From a virus (lineage: Duplodnaviria; Caudoviricetes), in IMG/VR virus record IMGVR_UViG_2619619259_000001, positions 16,985-80,984 of that record: a stretch of DNA of 64,000 bases. One strand, given 5' to 3'. Positions 48,401 through 58,167 of this stretch are shown here, piece by piece; within the stretch, counting starts at the first letter, position 1; the number at the start of each line of letters is the position of its first letter. The translations under genes were made by a program, and so were the position numbers. Below the pieces are notes generated by a model. It did not search any database, was not told where the DNA came from, and was given only the letters and a program-made list of their open reading frames with translations.

Positions 48401-51400
48401 GCTTACGATGTTCTATTTGCGGAGGCAGAAGCTGGGCGCGTTAATCTTGATGGAACCAAACACCGAGACGCCAATAAAAAAAGCAAAATTTTAGCGAATG
48501 CATCGGATACCGGCTCAGCAAAAGAGAGCGATTATCCTTATTTTGAAGATATGGGATTCGACAGCGTTATTGCTGACGAGGGGCATAACTATCGTAATAG
48601 TTATAGTGCAGGTCGAGAGTCTTCACGTTTGGCCTATCTTCCGATCCCTTCCGTCGCCCAATCAGCTCGTGATATGGCGGTGAAGAACGCATATCTTATG
48701 AGTAAAAACAACGGTCGCGGATGCGTTATGTTGACAGCCACGCCGATTGTTAACTCACCTATTGATGCCTTTAACATGCTAAGCCATATAGTGCCAATGA
48801 GTGAATGGCAACGAATGGGAATTTACACCCCTGATGATTTTGTCAGGGTGTTTGGTGAGACAGCGACAGTTACTGTACAGAAATTATCTGGCAAACTAGA
48901 AGTAAAAGAAGGGCTTGTCGGGTTTAAGAACCTTGATGGCTTAAGGGGGATCTTCCATCGATGGACCTCACTTAAGACATCTGCTGATGTGTCCAATGAT
49001 GTCATTATTCCTAATTTGATTGAAGAGAATGAAGAAGCACCAATGAGTGCAGAACAGTCTCATATTTATGAAAAATTAAGACGGCGAGCTGAAATACTAT
49101 CCAATCCTGAACGGAGTAATAATAAGCAGGATGATGAGAAAGAGGATTCTACATTTGCGATTATCCGAGATATGGATCGCGTATGTACGGACATAGATCT
49201 TTATAAACGACAAATGACGTTCCGTTTCCCCGCTGAATATGAGGATGCCATAAGAAAGCTGGTTGATGATCTGCCGGAGCAGGTAAACGAAAATGACGAT
49301 GATTCTGATGAAGAGGTTACGGCATCAGTTTTAACGTCTGTCACTGTCTCCGATTCTATTTGTGAGTTGGTTGTACCTGAATTATTCGAAAAAGAAGTAT
49401 TGTCCCGTCTAAAAAAATTCGGCATACCGGAAGAAAAGACCTCTCATCCGATTACACCGAAGTATTCAGTTCTAATTGAGAAGTTGAAGATCGGATATTC
49501 GGAGGGGGGCAAGCAAATCATCTTTACCGATGAAAAATCACAACATGGAAAGCTTAAGAGAATTATTTGTAGTGCTCTAGGTGTTAAGCCGACTGAAATA
49601 GGGATTCTTAACGCAACAACTGTGGCAGAAGCGGGTAAGCAGGAGCGAAAGCCTAAGAAAGTATCGCCGCCTAAAGAACTGAAAGAAGACGCATCAGAAG
49701 CCCAAATAGAGGCGTATTACACTCAATTATCGCTATATGAGGCTTACATCGCTTCGATAAATGAAGCGAGCCTTAGTGGGTTAGAGTCTATTGCAGCTGA
49801 TTACAACGAAGGGCGTACCCCATTTATTATCTGTAATAAAAAAGCCGAGGTTGGAATAAACCTGCATAAAGGCACGACGGATATCCATCATTTAACCTTG
49901 CCGTGGACACCTGCCAGTATAAATCAACGTAATGGTCGTGGCGCTAGAGTGGGATCGACACAGTCTCACGTTAGGGTTCATTATTACGTTGGCAAAGGCT
50001 CATTTGATACATTTAGGCTTGAAACCCTGAAGCGCAAAAAAGATTGGTTCTTGGAGATTTTAACATCAGACAAAGCACGAATGAGCAACGCTGATGCTAA
50101 TGATATGGTTGAGATGCAGCTCCTACTAGCAGCAAATCCAGAAGAGCGCGAACGCCGGATAAAGCAGCAAATGGAAGAAGCCAAGGAGCAAGCTTTATTC
50201 GCAGCTAAAAAACGTGCTGGTATCGACCTGAATAATTATCTCAAAGCGCAACATGCAGCGAAGGGGGATTTAGAGGAGGAACGTAGCAAGCTAGAAACAT
50301 TAAAGAGGTTTTTTGATGGGGCGCAAGAAGTGAATGATGAAATTAAAGCTAATTTGGACAAAGCCTTAGCTGAGCAAGAGAATATTAACGAAAAAATAAA
50401 AATAGAGGGAAATCCATCCTCATATAGGTGGGAAAAAAGGAATGTAGAGCGCGAGATCAGAGTCTATCGCGATCAGCTAAATGCGTATAATCGCCAGTTA
50501 GTAACGGCAAAAACAAACGTAAACAAACAAGAGAGAAAAATTGTTAGGTTAAGTAAAGCTGAAGACTCAATTAAACGGCTACGCCCTGTGGTGAAGGACG
50601 CAATAGATAACAATCTATTAGATGTGGATCCTAGCGTTATTGATCACGGTTCTAGTTTTTATATTACTGGTTCAAAAACGTTTAAAATAGGAGATACTTT
50701 TGCTTTCGATGCGGCTATAAAAATCAATAAGTCCTCTTCACTATCAAGAATTGAAGATATTGATTTCGATACTGGAATTGCAGTAATGCGGAATGTTTAT
50801 TCATCGCTTGCAGCAGATCCCAAGGGGGGTTACACCGCAGAGGTTAGCGTTCTGGAGTTGAGAGAAAAGGTTAGCGTTAGTGAGGATGAAGTATCGCTAC
50901 GACAGTGGATGTTAGATGCACCGCTAAATGAAATCCATAACCGGCTCACAAAAAAAGAGTTTGTCCGTTACTTAAAAGAAGGGGCGATGAGAATAAGGGC
51001 CGATGCTATTTTGTATGTTGACGGCGATTCTTATCATCACAAAGGGGGAACTTCTTTGGGTCATGGATATGTTAAATGGGTCAATCCTGATTGGCTATCA
51101 TCCAATGCAGACCTAGTTGTTTATCCAGATCCAACAGATGACGTGTTAAAAACAGCGATTGCGAAATGGGTTAGATCCACAAATAAAAATATTTTTGTGG
51201 AGTCATATTTGAAATGCCTATTCGGTGATAAATATAAACTCGTTATTAACGAGTATGGTGATCATGCCTCCGAGTCCACTATTGCTGAATTTATTGCTAA
51301 TGGTATCGCCAGTATTTCAGATTCAACGTCTGATCTGGATTATCGTATTGATGGCTCTAGTGAAAAACAAGTCATTCAGTTCGTTGAATTAGGAAACGAA

Positions 51401-52252
51401 CCCTATCAGGCTATTGATGACCTTAGAACCAATAAGAAGTTAGCAGTTCCTCCTAATTATCGAAATCAAGAGGATTTTGAAATAGCCCTAAATGCTGAAA
51501 TCTTCCGACTAAAAGAGGTTGCGTTAGCTAATGCCCAGAAAGGTGCTAAGCAACTGGGGGTTGAGCGCTTTAAGTTGTTTAAAGCAACCCTAGCAGAGGA
51601 TTTCAAAGCCACATTCCTGAGATTCCAAAAATTATTAACGGAATCCTACCGCAGCACAATTAGGGATGTTTATCATTTAAGAGTTGGTCGTATATATCAT
51701 GCAAATTGTATTGATGGGCCAATGGCGTTTGCGGACGCTGTCAGTGTTGGATTGTTAGATGCAAGTTCTGTTACACCTGAGTTATTGATCAATCCATCTA
51801 ACCGGGGGGAATTGGTTGATGAAATATCAAGTAAAATTGATAAATTAGAAAAAGAAGGGGCGCTGAGTGATTTCCGCAATCAATTGAGAGTTAAGGCCGG
51901 AGAAATCACACAAGAAGATATTGATAGAGCTAACGCAAAAAAAGAAGAAGAAAAGAAACAGGCTGAGGAAAGCAAGGCGTTTGGGGAGAGTGGCCAGCTT
52001 ATTATTAAGAAAAACACAACACACATCAAAGCCAAATGGGGTATTAATTTTGTTCCTGATGGGTGTTATGGGCTTCAAGATCCAAAAGCAAAAAGTGGTA
52101 GCCTTTTCCGTGCTAAAGATGATTTGAAAGAGATGTTTAACGCTAAGTTTTATAATGGGAAAAATTCCACAGACGAGTTCGCAGGGTGCTGGTGGTTGAT
52201 TTCAACAAAATATAGTATTGAAGAGATAATGACCGTAATTAACCGATATTAA
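45404..52252 (+). CDS. darB: DarB antirestriction protein (N6-MTase plus SNF2-like helicase)
   Basis: YYTP, LEPAAGTG and GNVPF MTase motifs; GTGLGKT, DEGH, LTATP and QRNGRG.R helicase motifs; 2282 aa. Confidence 0.9.
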   Translation: MFSRGERLNTELSNLNNAIKSINNCENIEALCRVIYAITLQYNPIEFGVRKESRISMERLRKEANAKAISLLSELPKGSKLTDEQRKILAAYTGDGGIGANEHEYYTPMPVAEGMWDLLREYGADTGNCLEPAAGTGVFHETKPAGVIMTATEISPISGRINQLLHPEDKVSITPFERLAASSPDGSFDSCVGNVPFGDSRGEFANLDPAYAKESNIGRYFILRLIDKVKAGGYICIVVPYGMTTGKNHKKLRKQVSRKAEFLGAHRLPSGTFEESGTSTAVDVWVLRKHPAELADRILEEKETLLEEANVLWNTFIEGRWYLEDGKRFVHGEVLQGFRGITIKNDQLSNGALKTKLKHKFDSRIIWSVLELSEPTSTPAMNGEQRLINDQWYIFESGVWVIDNTVTQENVSFAKFGVQTYEELKNQIVGVDGILSKNWDQINAIATTFPSLMSEQAQKALIFAKTQPEALRERVFRGSVLGYHIATYQDYIADSGSPEPYEGMRSDIARLVDAENKKYGSPSSGKISKVRGANSGAWLKFKVAAGENGELSALITGNLEKGETVRFNSADAEQVVRHLFSQVDLDPITLEAFREAYTGDASPDDNQLLSILSDIDGIAITPTGDLMPMDRATSGDIGLLNGQLLGAIAVTPDGPQKNNFLRQLAEIKRKRKWTDVDSIDFSLNSRWFDRSLILEFLRENGYSDLNYVEDVNISDGVLVSEQGYRGRNGVFAGYRYGTVVSRDKETGDMRPVYKRVSQQDPFLAQFENYLNGNKPRGVNAAQYQEQIKLLESNFNDWIRQHDEIGSLVQEYNDAFNAYIPFEQSDADLGLSGISGKRITFGYQNSEVRRLSEDGKGIMGFGTGLGKTTTALALEAFNFENGRTKRTGVVVPKAVYENWYYEACEFYSESAFKNILFVGIDEVYGNDGAIKQVPVLDEKGQPVINKHTGQPTVRNAITISDSATIKERMNSVPQSNYRMVVMTKEQYAKIPLREETIRDHAYDVLFAEAEAGRVNLDGTKHRDANKKSKILANASDTGSAKESDYPYFEDMGFDSVIADEGHNYRNSYSAGRESSRLAYLPIPSVAQSARDMAVKNAYLMSKNNGRGCVMLTATPIVNSPIDAFNMLSHIVPMSEWQRMGIYTPDDFVRVFGETATVTVQKLSGKLEVKEGLVGFKNLDGLRGIFHRWTSLKTSADVSNDVIIPNLIEENEEAPMSAEQSHIYEKLRRRAEILSNPERSNNKQDDEKEDSTFAIIRDMDRVCTDIDLYKRQMTFRFPAEYEDAIRKLVDDLPEQVNENDDDSDEEVTASVLTSVTVSDSICELVVPELFEKEVLSRLKKFGIPEEKTSHPITPKYSVLIEKLKIGYSEGGKQIIFTDEKSQHGKLKRIICSALGVKPTEIGILNATTVAEAGKQERKPKKVSPPKELKEDASEAQIEAYYTQLSLYEAYIASINEASLSGLESIAADYNEGRTPFIICNKKAEVGINLHKGTTDIHHLTLPWTPASINQRNGRGARVGSTQSHVRVHYYVGKGSFDTFRLETLKRKKDWFLEILTSDKARMSNADANDMVEMQLLLAANPEERERRIKQQMEEAKEQALFAAKKRAGIDLNNYLKAQHAAKGDLEEERSKLETLKRFFDGAQEVNDEIKANLDKALAEQENINEKIKIEGNPSSYRWEKRNVEREIRVYRDQLNAYNRQLVTAKTNVNKQERKIVRLSKAEDSIKRLRPVVKDAIDNNLLDVDPSVIDHGSSFYITGSKTFKIGDTFAFDAAIKINKSSSLSRIEDIDFDTGIAVMRNVYSSLAADPKGGYTAEVSVLELREKVSVSEDEVSLRQWMLDAPLNEIHNRLTKKEFVRYLKEGAMRIRADAILYVDGDSYHHKGGTSLGHGYVKWVNPDWLSSNADLVVYPDPTDDVLKTAIAKWVRSTNKNIFVESYLKCLFGDKYKLVINEYGDHASESTIAEFIANGIASISDSTSDLDYRIDGSSEKQVIQFVELGNEPYQAIDDLRTNKKLAVPPNYRNQEDFEIALNAEIFRLKEVALANAQKGAKQLGVERFKLFKATLAEDFKATFLRFQKLLTESYRSTIRDVYHLRVGRIYHANCIDGPMAFADAVSVGLLDASSVTPELLINPSNRGELVDEISSKIDKLEKEGALSDFRNQLRVKAGEITQEDIDRANAKKEEEKKQAEESKAFGESGQLIIKKNTTHIKAKWGINFVPDGCYGLQDPKAKSGSLFRAKDDLKEMFNAKFYNGKNSTDEFAGCWWLISTKYSIEEIMTVINRY

Positions 52253-52283
52253 GGGGGGGCGCCCCAGTCGGGGCGCAAGCAAA

Positions 52284-52730
52284 ATGGCAACACTAATTGA
52301 TGTCGTTCAGCCGCAAGAAAGTTATTTGGAAAGTGTTCTACTTGAAGCGTTAGATGGTAGAAAAGAAGACGTTTATGTGTCTAATTATTTAAACAATCTC
52401 ATGTCATTAGTATCAGAAAATCCGAGGCGTTATCGTAGCTATGGGCCCTATTGGCCAACGATTAAAGCATTAGTTTTAGAGAGCGGCTATAACGGATTTG
52501 GTGAACATGTCGATAGTGACGTTGTAGAAATATATAAATCTAGTCGACCAGCGCTTACGCTGATAGCTGCGCATCTCTACAGTACAGATAGATTTAATAA
52601 CGGGCAGATCTATGCATCACAACATCAATTAATGGTTGCTGAGTATGCTGATGATACTGACAGTTATTTGTATGTTAGTTATGATCTTGAGATGGAAACG
52701 TTGATTTCAGTAGGGGCGAATCGTGGGTGA
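52284..52730 (+). CDS. ulx: Ulx-like protein
   Basis: NPRRYRSYGPYWP.IK; follows darB as in P1. Confidence 0.6.
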   Translation: MATLIDVVQPQESYLESVLLEALDGRKEDVYVSNYLNNLMSLVSENPRRYRSYGPYWPTIKALVLESGYNGFGEHVDSDVVEIYKSSRPALTLIAAHLYSTDRFNNGQIYASQHQLMVAEYADDTDSYLYVSYDLEMETLISVGANRG

Positions 52731-52974
52731 TGTGACATATGCAACGATGGCAAAATTAAGTTCCTTGGCTTTAGAAAATAAATGCACTATTGAGTTCTAC
52801 GATAAGAAAAAATATTTTATTTTGAGAAAAATAGATGATCCAGATAACTGGTGTTGGATTGCAAGCACTCATGATGGAACTAAGATAAAACAAGTTAGAA
52901 CCATTTCGCTGTCTGAGTGGGAGCGGGTAATATCTGATTACTCAAAAATGTTAAATAACAAAGAGATGAAATAA
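52723..52974 (+). CDS. Lxc-like repressor modulator
   Basis: Size and position after ulx. Confidence 0.45.
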   Translation: MGDVTYATMAKLSSLALENKCTIEFYDKKKYFILRKIDDPDNWCWIASTHDGTKIKQVRTISLSEWERVISDYSKMLNNKEMK

Positions 52975-53142
52975 ATAATCCTACCGTCAGTAGGATTTCA
53001 TTGAACGTCACAAAAAATAAGTTTAGTATTGCATGACTCCCAGTTGTTGGGCGCAAAAAAACCCGCGAGAGCGGGTTTAATTGAAACTGTTACAAGGGGT
53101 ACGTTTGGCGACAAGCCCATGTAACACGCAATGGAATACTAA

Positions 53143-53314
53143 CATGGCAACTTATTCACGTCGAGATTTCGTAGCAAAAGCTACGCCAGTAAAAAGCATC
53201 ACTCCTTTTTCTAAAATTGCTGCCCAAGTCGGCATCACTATATCTGTTGTTTTCACCATTATCTTTACCTTAACCACGCTCTATGAGCATGCGGCGGGCA
53301 TTGCTATTCATTAA
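53143..53314 (+). CDS. Small membrane protein (start approximate)
   Basis: C-terminal TM segment in ORF 53081..53314; internal Met (MATYS) is the more likely start. Confidence 0.4.
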
Positions 53315-53323
53315 TGGTGTTTT

Positions 53324-53335
53324 TGCTCTTTAACA
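53324..53335 (+). promoter_or_regulatory. boxA antitermination element
   Basis: TGCTCTTTAACA, identical to the rrn boxA consensus, ahead of the long early gene run. Confidence 0.65.
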
Positions 53336-53527
53336 ATCTGGTTCGGGCTATCATAACCATAATTCAGGGTGCCGCTGAATGACACTGTTAACCCGTTAGA
53401 ATCGGAATACAGTGTTAGGAATGTGACCAATAAAATAGCCACATGTAAAAGTGTGGCAAACATAAAAGACTATTTAACATGGTTTTTTATGTTTGTTTGT
53501 ATATTTTCAATGAAAAATCAGAGGAGG

Positions 53528-53698
53528 ATGCCAATGCAATTAATTCAATTTACCCATGCAGGTATTCGCGGCAAAATCGAGATAACGAAGGCGCAAAGGC
53601 TCGTTAAATGGGCTGGTTACGTTTACCATTTTTCGACTCTAAAGTCAGGCTTACGTCGAACAGTATTAGACGCCATGGCTAAAAACGGGTGTTTATAA
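53528..53698 (+). CDS. Small hypothetical protein
   Basis: GAGGAGG Shine-Dalgarno at the internal Met codons of ORF 53369..53698. Confidence 0.45.
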   Translation: MPMQLIQFTHAGIRGKIEITKAQRLVKWAGYVYHFSTLKSGLRRTVLDAMAKNGCL

Positions 53699-53870
53699 TT
53701 TCCGTCTTGTTATTTTAAATGTTTAGTTAGTTTTGTATTTTAGTGAGTATCGCGCGTCGGTACGTCAGGTGCGCTACTAGGGGCTGTCAGGGATCAACAA
53801 ATAGCAAAACTCCGTCAGATACTCGGCGCTGGTGAATGGGTAGATGATGAGCCGGAAATAGGAGAATGAG

Positions 53871-54497
53871 ATGAAACGATTGCTAGAGGGTAATTGGACC
53901 ATTCACACAGATACACGAGCGTTATTTGATGATGTCATTACGGTATGTGGAGAATTGGGGCTGGCGTTGCCCATGACATACATAAACCAGAATGCTCATC
54001 CCTATGTAACCTGTGATGATGTTGGGCTGCTGTCATTTAAGGATGACTGGGACGACTGCCCCTACCACAGTGAGGAGGTCACGGATGCGTTCCTCTACTG
54101 GCTGAAACTAGCACCACGCAATCCGCAGGAGGAGAATATCGTCATGGCAGCGCTAGCCAAAATGCGGGGGAAAACGGTAGAGGCTCAACAGAGCGATGGG
54201 AGTTGGTGCGAAGAAATACCTCACCTGCTCGATATAAACAGCAATCACCGCCTAAAAGAGACTACACCGCTGCCTATCTCTAGAGCCCAGTGGGACTGGA
54301 TAGACAAGCGGTTTATTTATGCAGCAATGGATGCACGCGAGACCATTTATTTTTACACGACGCTGCCCCACCGCCACCCCTCATCATCTACCTGGGTCAA
54401 TGAGGGTAAAGGGGAGGTGGAAATCCTAACAACCCTCACCCCTATAGATACCACAGGCATTGACTGGGAGTTATCACTCACACAAAGGCCGGAATGA
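53871..54497 (+). CDS. Phage hypothetical protein
   Basis: AGGAG Shine-Dalgarno; C-terminal YAAMD...P...W...DWELSL.QRP module. Confidence 0.6.
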   Translation: MKRLLEGNWTIHTDTRALFDDVITVCGELGLALPMTYINQNAHPYVTCDDVGLLSFKDDWDDCPYHSEEVTDAFLYWLKLAPRNPQEENIVMAALAKMRGKTVEAQQSDGSWCEEIPHLLDINSNHRLKETTPLPISRAQWDWIDKRFIYAAMDARETIYFYTTLPHRHPSSSTWVNEGKGEVEILTTLTPIDTTGIDWELSLTQRPE

Positions 54498-54539
54498 TGG
54501 AGGCTTGCTATAAACGAACCAGAGAATGGAGAGCAATTC

Positions 54540-55055
54540 ATGACTAACCCACACATCTTAGATGTCTGCTGCGGCTCTCGAATGTTTTACCCAGACAAAA
54601 ACGATAGCCGTGTAGTGTTTAGCGATATACGTAAGGAAGAGCACATATTATGCGATGGTAGACAGTTAATAATTAACCCAGATGTAATAGCCGATTTCAG
54701 AAACCTACCATTTCCAGATAACTCATTTTATACCGTTGTTTTCGACCCTCCCCATTTAATCCGTATTGGTAAAACATCATGGATGTTCAAAAAATATGGA
54801 GCATTAAACAAAGAGACGTGGCAAGAGGATTTATCAAAGGGCCTCTCTGAGGCATTTAGGGTATTAAAACCTTATTCCCCTCTTATTTTTAAATGGAATG
54901 AAACTCAGATTCCAGCACGTCAAATTCTCGCACTAACAGAACATAAGCCATTTATTGTTCAGCGTGTAGGTAAAAACGATAAAACACACTGGATGGTATT
55001 TTCTAAAAATAACGGTGGAATTAATGAGCAAACAAAACGTTCTAATTCTATTTAG
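54540..55055 (+). CDS. Small SAM-dependent (amino-type) methyltransferase
   Basis: ILDVCCGSRMF, ADFRNLPF.DNSF, VFDPPH, EAFRVLKP, FKWNE. Confidence 0.85.
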   Translation: MTNPHILDVCCGSRMFYPDKNDSRVVFSDIRKEEHILCDGRQLIINPDVIADFRNLPFPDNSFYTVVFDPPHLIRIGKTSWMFKKYGALNKETWQEDLSKGLSEAFRVLKPYSPLIFKWNETQIPARQILALTEHKPFIVQRVGKNDKTHWMVFSKNNGGINEQTKRSNSI

Positions 55056-55903
55056 CGGCGGTCAGACATCGGCATACATGACGAAACGCCTATTAGATGA
55101 ATGCAATGATGAATACAACATGATTGTATGTTTTGCTAATACAGGTCAGGAAAATAACGAGACACTAGATTTCGTTCATGATTGTGATGTTAATTTTGGG
55201 TTTAAAACTGTTTGGCTAGAGGCAGAGGTAAACCAGGAGAAAGGGAAGCCGACGCTGCATAGAATCGTTGATTACGATACCGCTAGTCGTCACGGAGAGT
55301 CATTTGAAGAGGTTGTTAAAAAATACGGAATACCTAACCACTCCTATCTGCATTGCACTCGCGAACTAAAAGAAGCCCCGATTCATAGTTACATTCGCTC
55401 CATTGGATGGAACAAAGGCGATTATTTAACAGCAATAGGTATAAGAACCGATGAGCCGAGGAGAATAAATAGAAAAGTTTCAGTTCAGCACAAACAAATA
55501 AAAATCTATCCTCTCGTCGATATATTCCCATCAGATAAAATTGATGTATTGGATTTTTGGGAACAACAGACATTCCGTTTAAACCTCAAGGATTATCAAG
55601 GTAACTGTAAAGTCTGTTTTAAAAAGTCAGACAAAAAGCTAATGCAAATTTATCGAGATAACTGGAAAGATTTTAATATATTTTCATATTTAGAAAACCA
55701 GTACGGAAATATAGGGGGGGAATAGCATAAGAGGCGTTAGGGTTAATGAACCAAGAAAATTCTATCGAGGCTATCGTGGTGTTAAAGAACTAGTGTCAGG
55801 ATTCAATTTAAACTCGCCTGAATATATTCCTGACATGGAGGAAAACGAGGGATGTTCAAGTTCGTGCGAGGCATTTATGGATGAGGAAATAACTGATGAG
55901 TAA
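55024..55903 (+). CDS. PAPS-reductase/PP-loop family protein, frameshifted at a G7 run (~55714-55720)
   Basis: FSGGQTS, FANTG.E, CTRELK, IGIRTDEPRR, GNCKVCFKK; removing one G extends the frame to ...GCSSSCEAF..., stop at 55903. Confidence 0.7.
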
Positions 55904-56102
55904 TAAAACTGCATGCTGGAATATCACTCTGAATACAACATGTCCTAAGTGCAATCATTATTTTGACATGATAGAGGCTGATGATGATTTTTGGGATTAT
56001 GCATTATTCGGCCTCTGTGAGTGCGACACTCCAGCAACAACAAATTATGAATGCACATGCCCTGAATGTGAGCATGAGTTTATTGTGGATTTCACGTATT
56101 AG
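55896..56102 (+). CDS. Small zinc-ribbon protein
   Basis: CPKC and CPEC motifs. Confidence 0.65.
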   Translation: MSNKTACWNITLNTTCPKCNHYFDMIEADDDFWDYALFGLCECDTPATTNYECTCPECEHEFIVDFTY

Positions 56103-56105
56103 GAG

Positions 56106-56945
56106 ATGTTAGTGAAAAAATATTTTAGCTACGACCCAGAGGGTATCGGTTTTTATTTTCATGAAACAGCAGAGCAGGCACGGAGTTTTGCTAATGCGGT
56201 AATTTCATTTTACTGCGCCGGTGATTGTGATGAGACAGTAGGTCGGGTTTGCTGGGGAGTAATTATAGAATCAGTTCAGCTCAGCAATGCTGATCACGTA
56301 GATGTGCCAGATTCTGATCCTGATTACTCATGCAATTATAAATTGATGCCAGTGGATAATGGAGTCATTGGCCCAAAATTTAGTATCAACGCAGGATTGA
56401 GTACCACTCCAGAGCATCTAGCCAACCTCTGTATTGATCCTGAACATCTCAAAAAATTAACTCTATTCTGGCCTGAAAATAACCTCATTCATCAAATGGC
56501 GCTAGCTCAGTTGAGTTCGTTGGAGCGAATTACTGATTTAAGCGCCAAACTATCTCGCTACTCAATGTCAGCAGGTGAGGCTGACCAACGAAGATGTGAA
56601 TCCCGCGCAGTCAGAGAGGCTCTTGGTTTCGGTAGGGATGCTGATAATGTTGCGCCCATAGACCTGCGAGAACGAATAGATGAAATGAAATCGATCGCAT
56701 CGAACAGTAGTTCTACTGTGTATGAATTACCGCATTTAGATGATGAGTTAATCGTTATTCTAGGTAGGCCTAATTTTATGTGTTCCAGCCTAGCAGAGTA
56801 CCTCCGCCTCCGTGGACAGGAAATAAAGCGCAAAGCTGAGCACGAACAGGCTGCTGTCCTTTACGCCCTACTGAATCTATATCTCAAATATGGTTCTGAG
56901 TGGCGATTTCACTGCAAAGAAATTTTCGGACCGACAAATGAATAA
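56106..56945 (+). CDS. Mosaic phage accessory protein (Ead/Ea22-like region)
   Basis: YFSYDP..G..FH.T, ILGRPNFMC, IKRKAEHEQA modules. Confidence 0.55.
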   Translation: MLVKKYFSYDPEGIGFYFHETAEQARSFANAVISFYCAGDCDETVGRVCWGVIIESVQLSNADHVDVPDSDPDYSCNYKLMPVDNGVIGPKFSINAGLSTTPEHLANLCIDPEHLKKLTLFWPENNLIHQMALAQLSSLERITDLSAKLSRYSMSAGEADQRRCESRAVREALGFGRDADNVAPIDLRERIDEMKSIASNSSSTVYELPHLDDELIVILGRPNFMCSSLAEYLRLRGQEIKRKAEHEQAAVLYALLNLYLKYGSEWRFHCKEIFGPTNE

Positions 56946-56956
56946 CAGCCCTGCTA

Positions 56957-57247
56957 GTGCGGGGCTTTTTATTACTGGTTAGTGAATCACGCGAGATAGT
57001 TATGAGAAAAACCAAAATAGAAAAATGCAGAGAGAATGTAAACGCCGCATTTAAGTATAAATTAAACACTGCATTTAAAAATAAATTCAATAGAGAGATT
57101 GATACATCATTTAATTTTCTATCAATGATGATGGTTTCATATCCCGTTGACGGCGGGAAGTTTACGCAGGTGCAGTTTGATTTTGTATCGGCATACTCTA
57201 ACGGGTATGAACAGGCAATGGAATTAATTAGAGAGGGAGAGCAATGA
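56957..57247 (+). CDS. Hypothetical protein
   Basis: ORF in a co-directional run; stop overlaps the next start. Confidence 0.5.
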   Translation: MRGFLLLVSESREIVMRKTKIEKCRENVNAAFKYKLNTAFKNKFNREIDTSFNFLSMMMVSYPVDGGKFTQVQFDFVSAYSNGYEQAMELIREGEQ

Positions 57248-57687
57248 CTATAAGCGTTGGAAAACCGATAAAACTATCGTCAGATGTTCGAGAATTTCTA
57301 CAGGATGCAATAAATGATGCCACTCACTGTGAGGGGGCAGAAATGCATTATGAGTTTGTAGCACAGTTAAATATGTTACTGAGTCCTATCTACATATCTC
57401 CGGGAAGCGATAAACCGGTGGCCTATATAGACCCACAGGCGCTTATAGATTTCGCTAATAACCGCGACACTAAAGAGTGGGTGTGGGCAACTCATGACGC
57501 GGGGCTTGTTCCACTCTACGCCGCCCCTGCGCAGCCTAATCAGGCCGTGAACCTACGAAAACATACTGTTGATGAGGTCATGCACATGAGCGGATTTTGC
57601 AGGCAATATGCTGAGGGATGGTGCGCTGGAAATGATAACGCCATTAATGAGGTTCGCGTTGCTGGCCTTGCCATTAAAGGGGATTAA
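57244..57687 (+). CDS. Phage accessory protein
   Basis: KPVAY...VPLYAAP and YAEGWCAG modules. Confidence 0.55.
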   Translation: MTISVGKPIKLSSDVREFLQDAINDATHCEGAEMHYEFVAQLNMLLSPIYISPGSDKPVAYIDPQALIDFANNRDTKEWVWATHDAGLVPLYAAPAQPNQAVNLRKHTVDEVMHMSGFCRQYAEGWCAGNDNAINEVRVAGLAIKGD

Positions 57688-57690
57688 ATA

Positions 57691-58167
57691 ATGAATAAAG
57701 AGTTTGAAACATTGATTACCGACATGAAAGCGGCGGTATACGAAGAAATGATGTGCCGCGAATGCAGTGACACGTCTGACAACTGGCACACGTCTATATC
57801 GCCTGAAAACGTCAATGCACTGATATCAGAACTAGAGCGTCTGCAAGGAGCCACCTCTCCAGAAATGGCTTTGTCTGCTATTGACGTACTAGCAGAGCGA
57901 CAGCGCCAGATATCAGTTGAGGGATGGACGCCATCGCATGATGATCAATACATGCATTCTGAGATGGCTGTTGCCGCCACATGTTACATCATGGCAGGCG
58001 ATGATCCGTATGCTGATATTCCTGAATTATGGCCCTGGCCTACTGAGTGGTGGAGGCCTACAAATATTCGCCGTGATCTCGTGAAAGCTGGCGCTCTAAT
58101 ACTGGCTGAAATTGAACGTCTAGACCGTGCATCTTGCAGACAAACCGATAAGGAACAGTGGAAATAA
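57691..58167 (+). CDS. Conserved phage protein of unknown function
   Basis: DVLAERQRQ...EGWTPSHDD...WPW..WW.P...RRDLVKAGALILAEIERLDR. Confidence 0.65.
   Translation: MNKEFETLITDMKAAVYEEMMCRECSDTSDNWHTSISPENVNALISELERLQGATSPEMALSAIDVLAERQRQISVEGWTPSHDDQYMHSEMAVAATCYIMAGDDPYADIPELWPWPTEWWRPTNIRRDLVKAGALILAEIERLDRASCRQTDKEQWK

Noticed and set aside
45947-52127. Many short ORFs nested in or antisense to darB
   Set aside because: Expected by chance within a 6.8-kb gene; no recognisable motifs.
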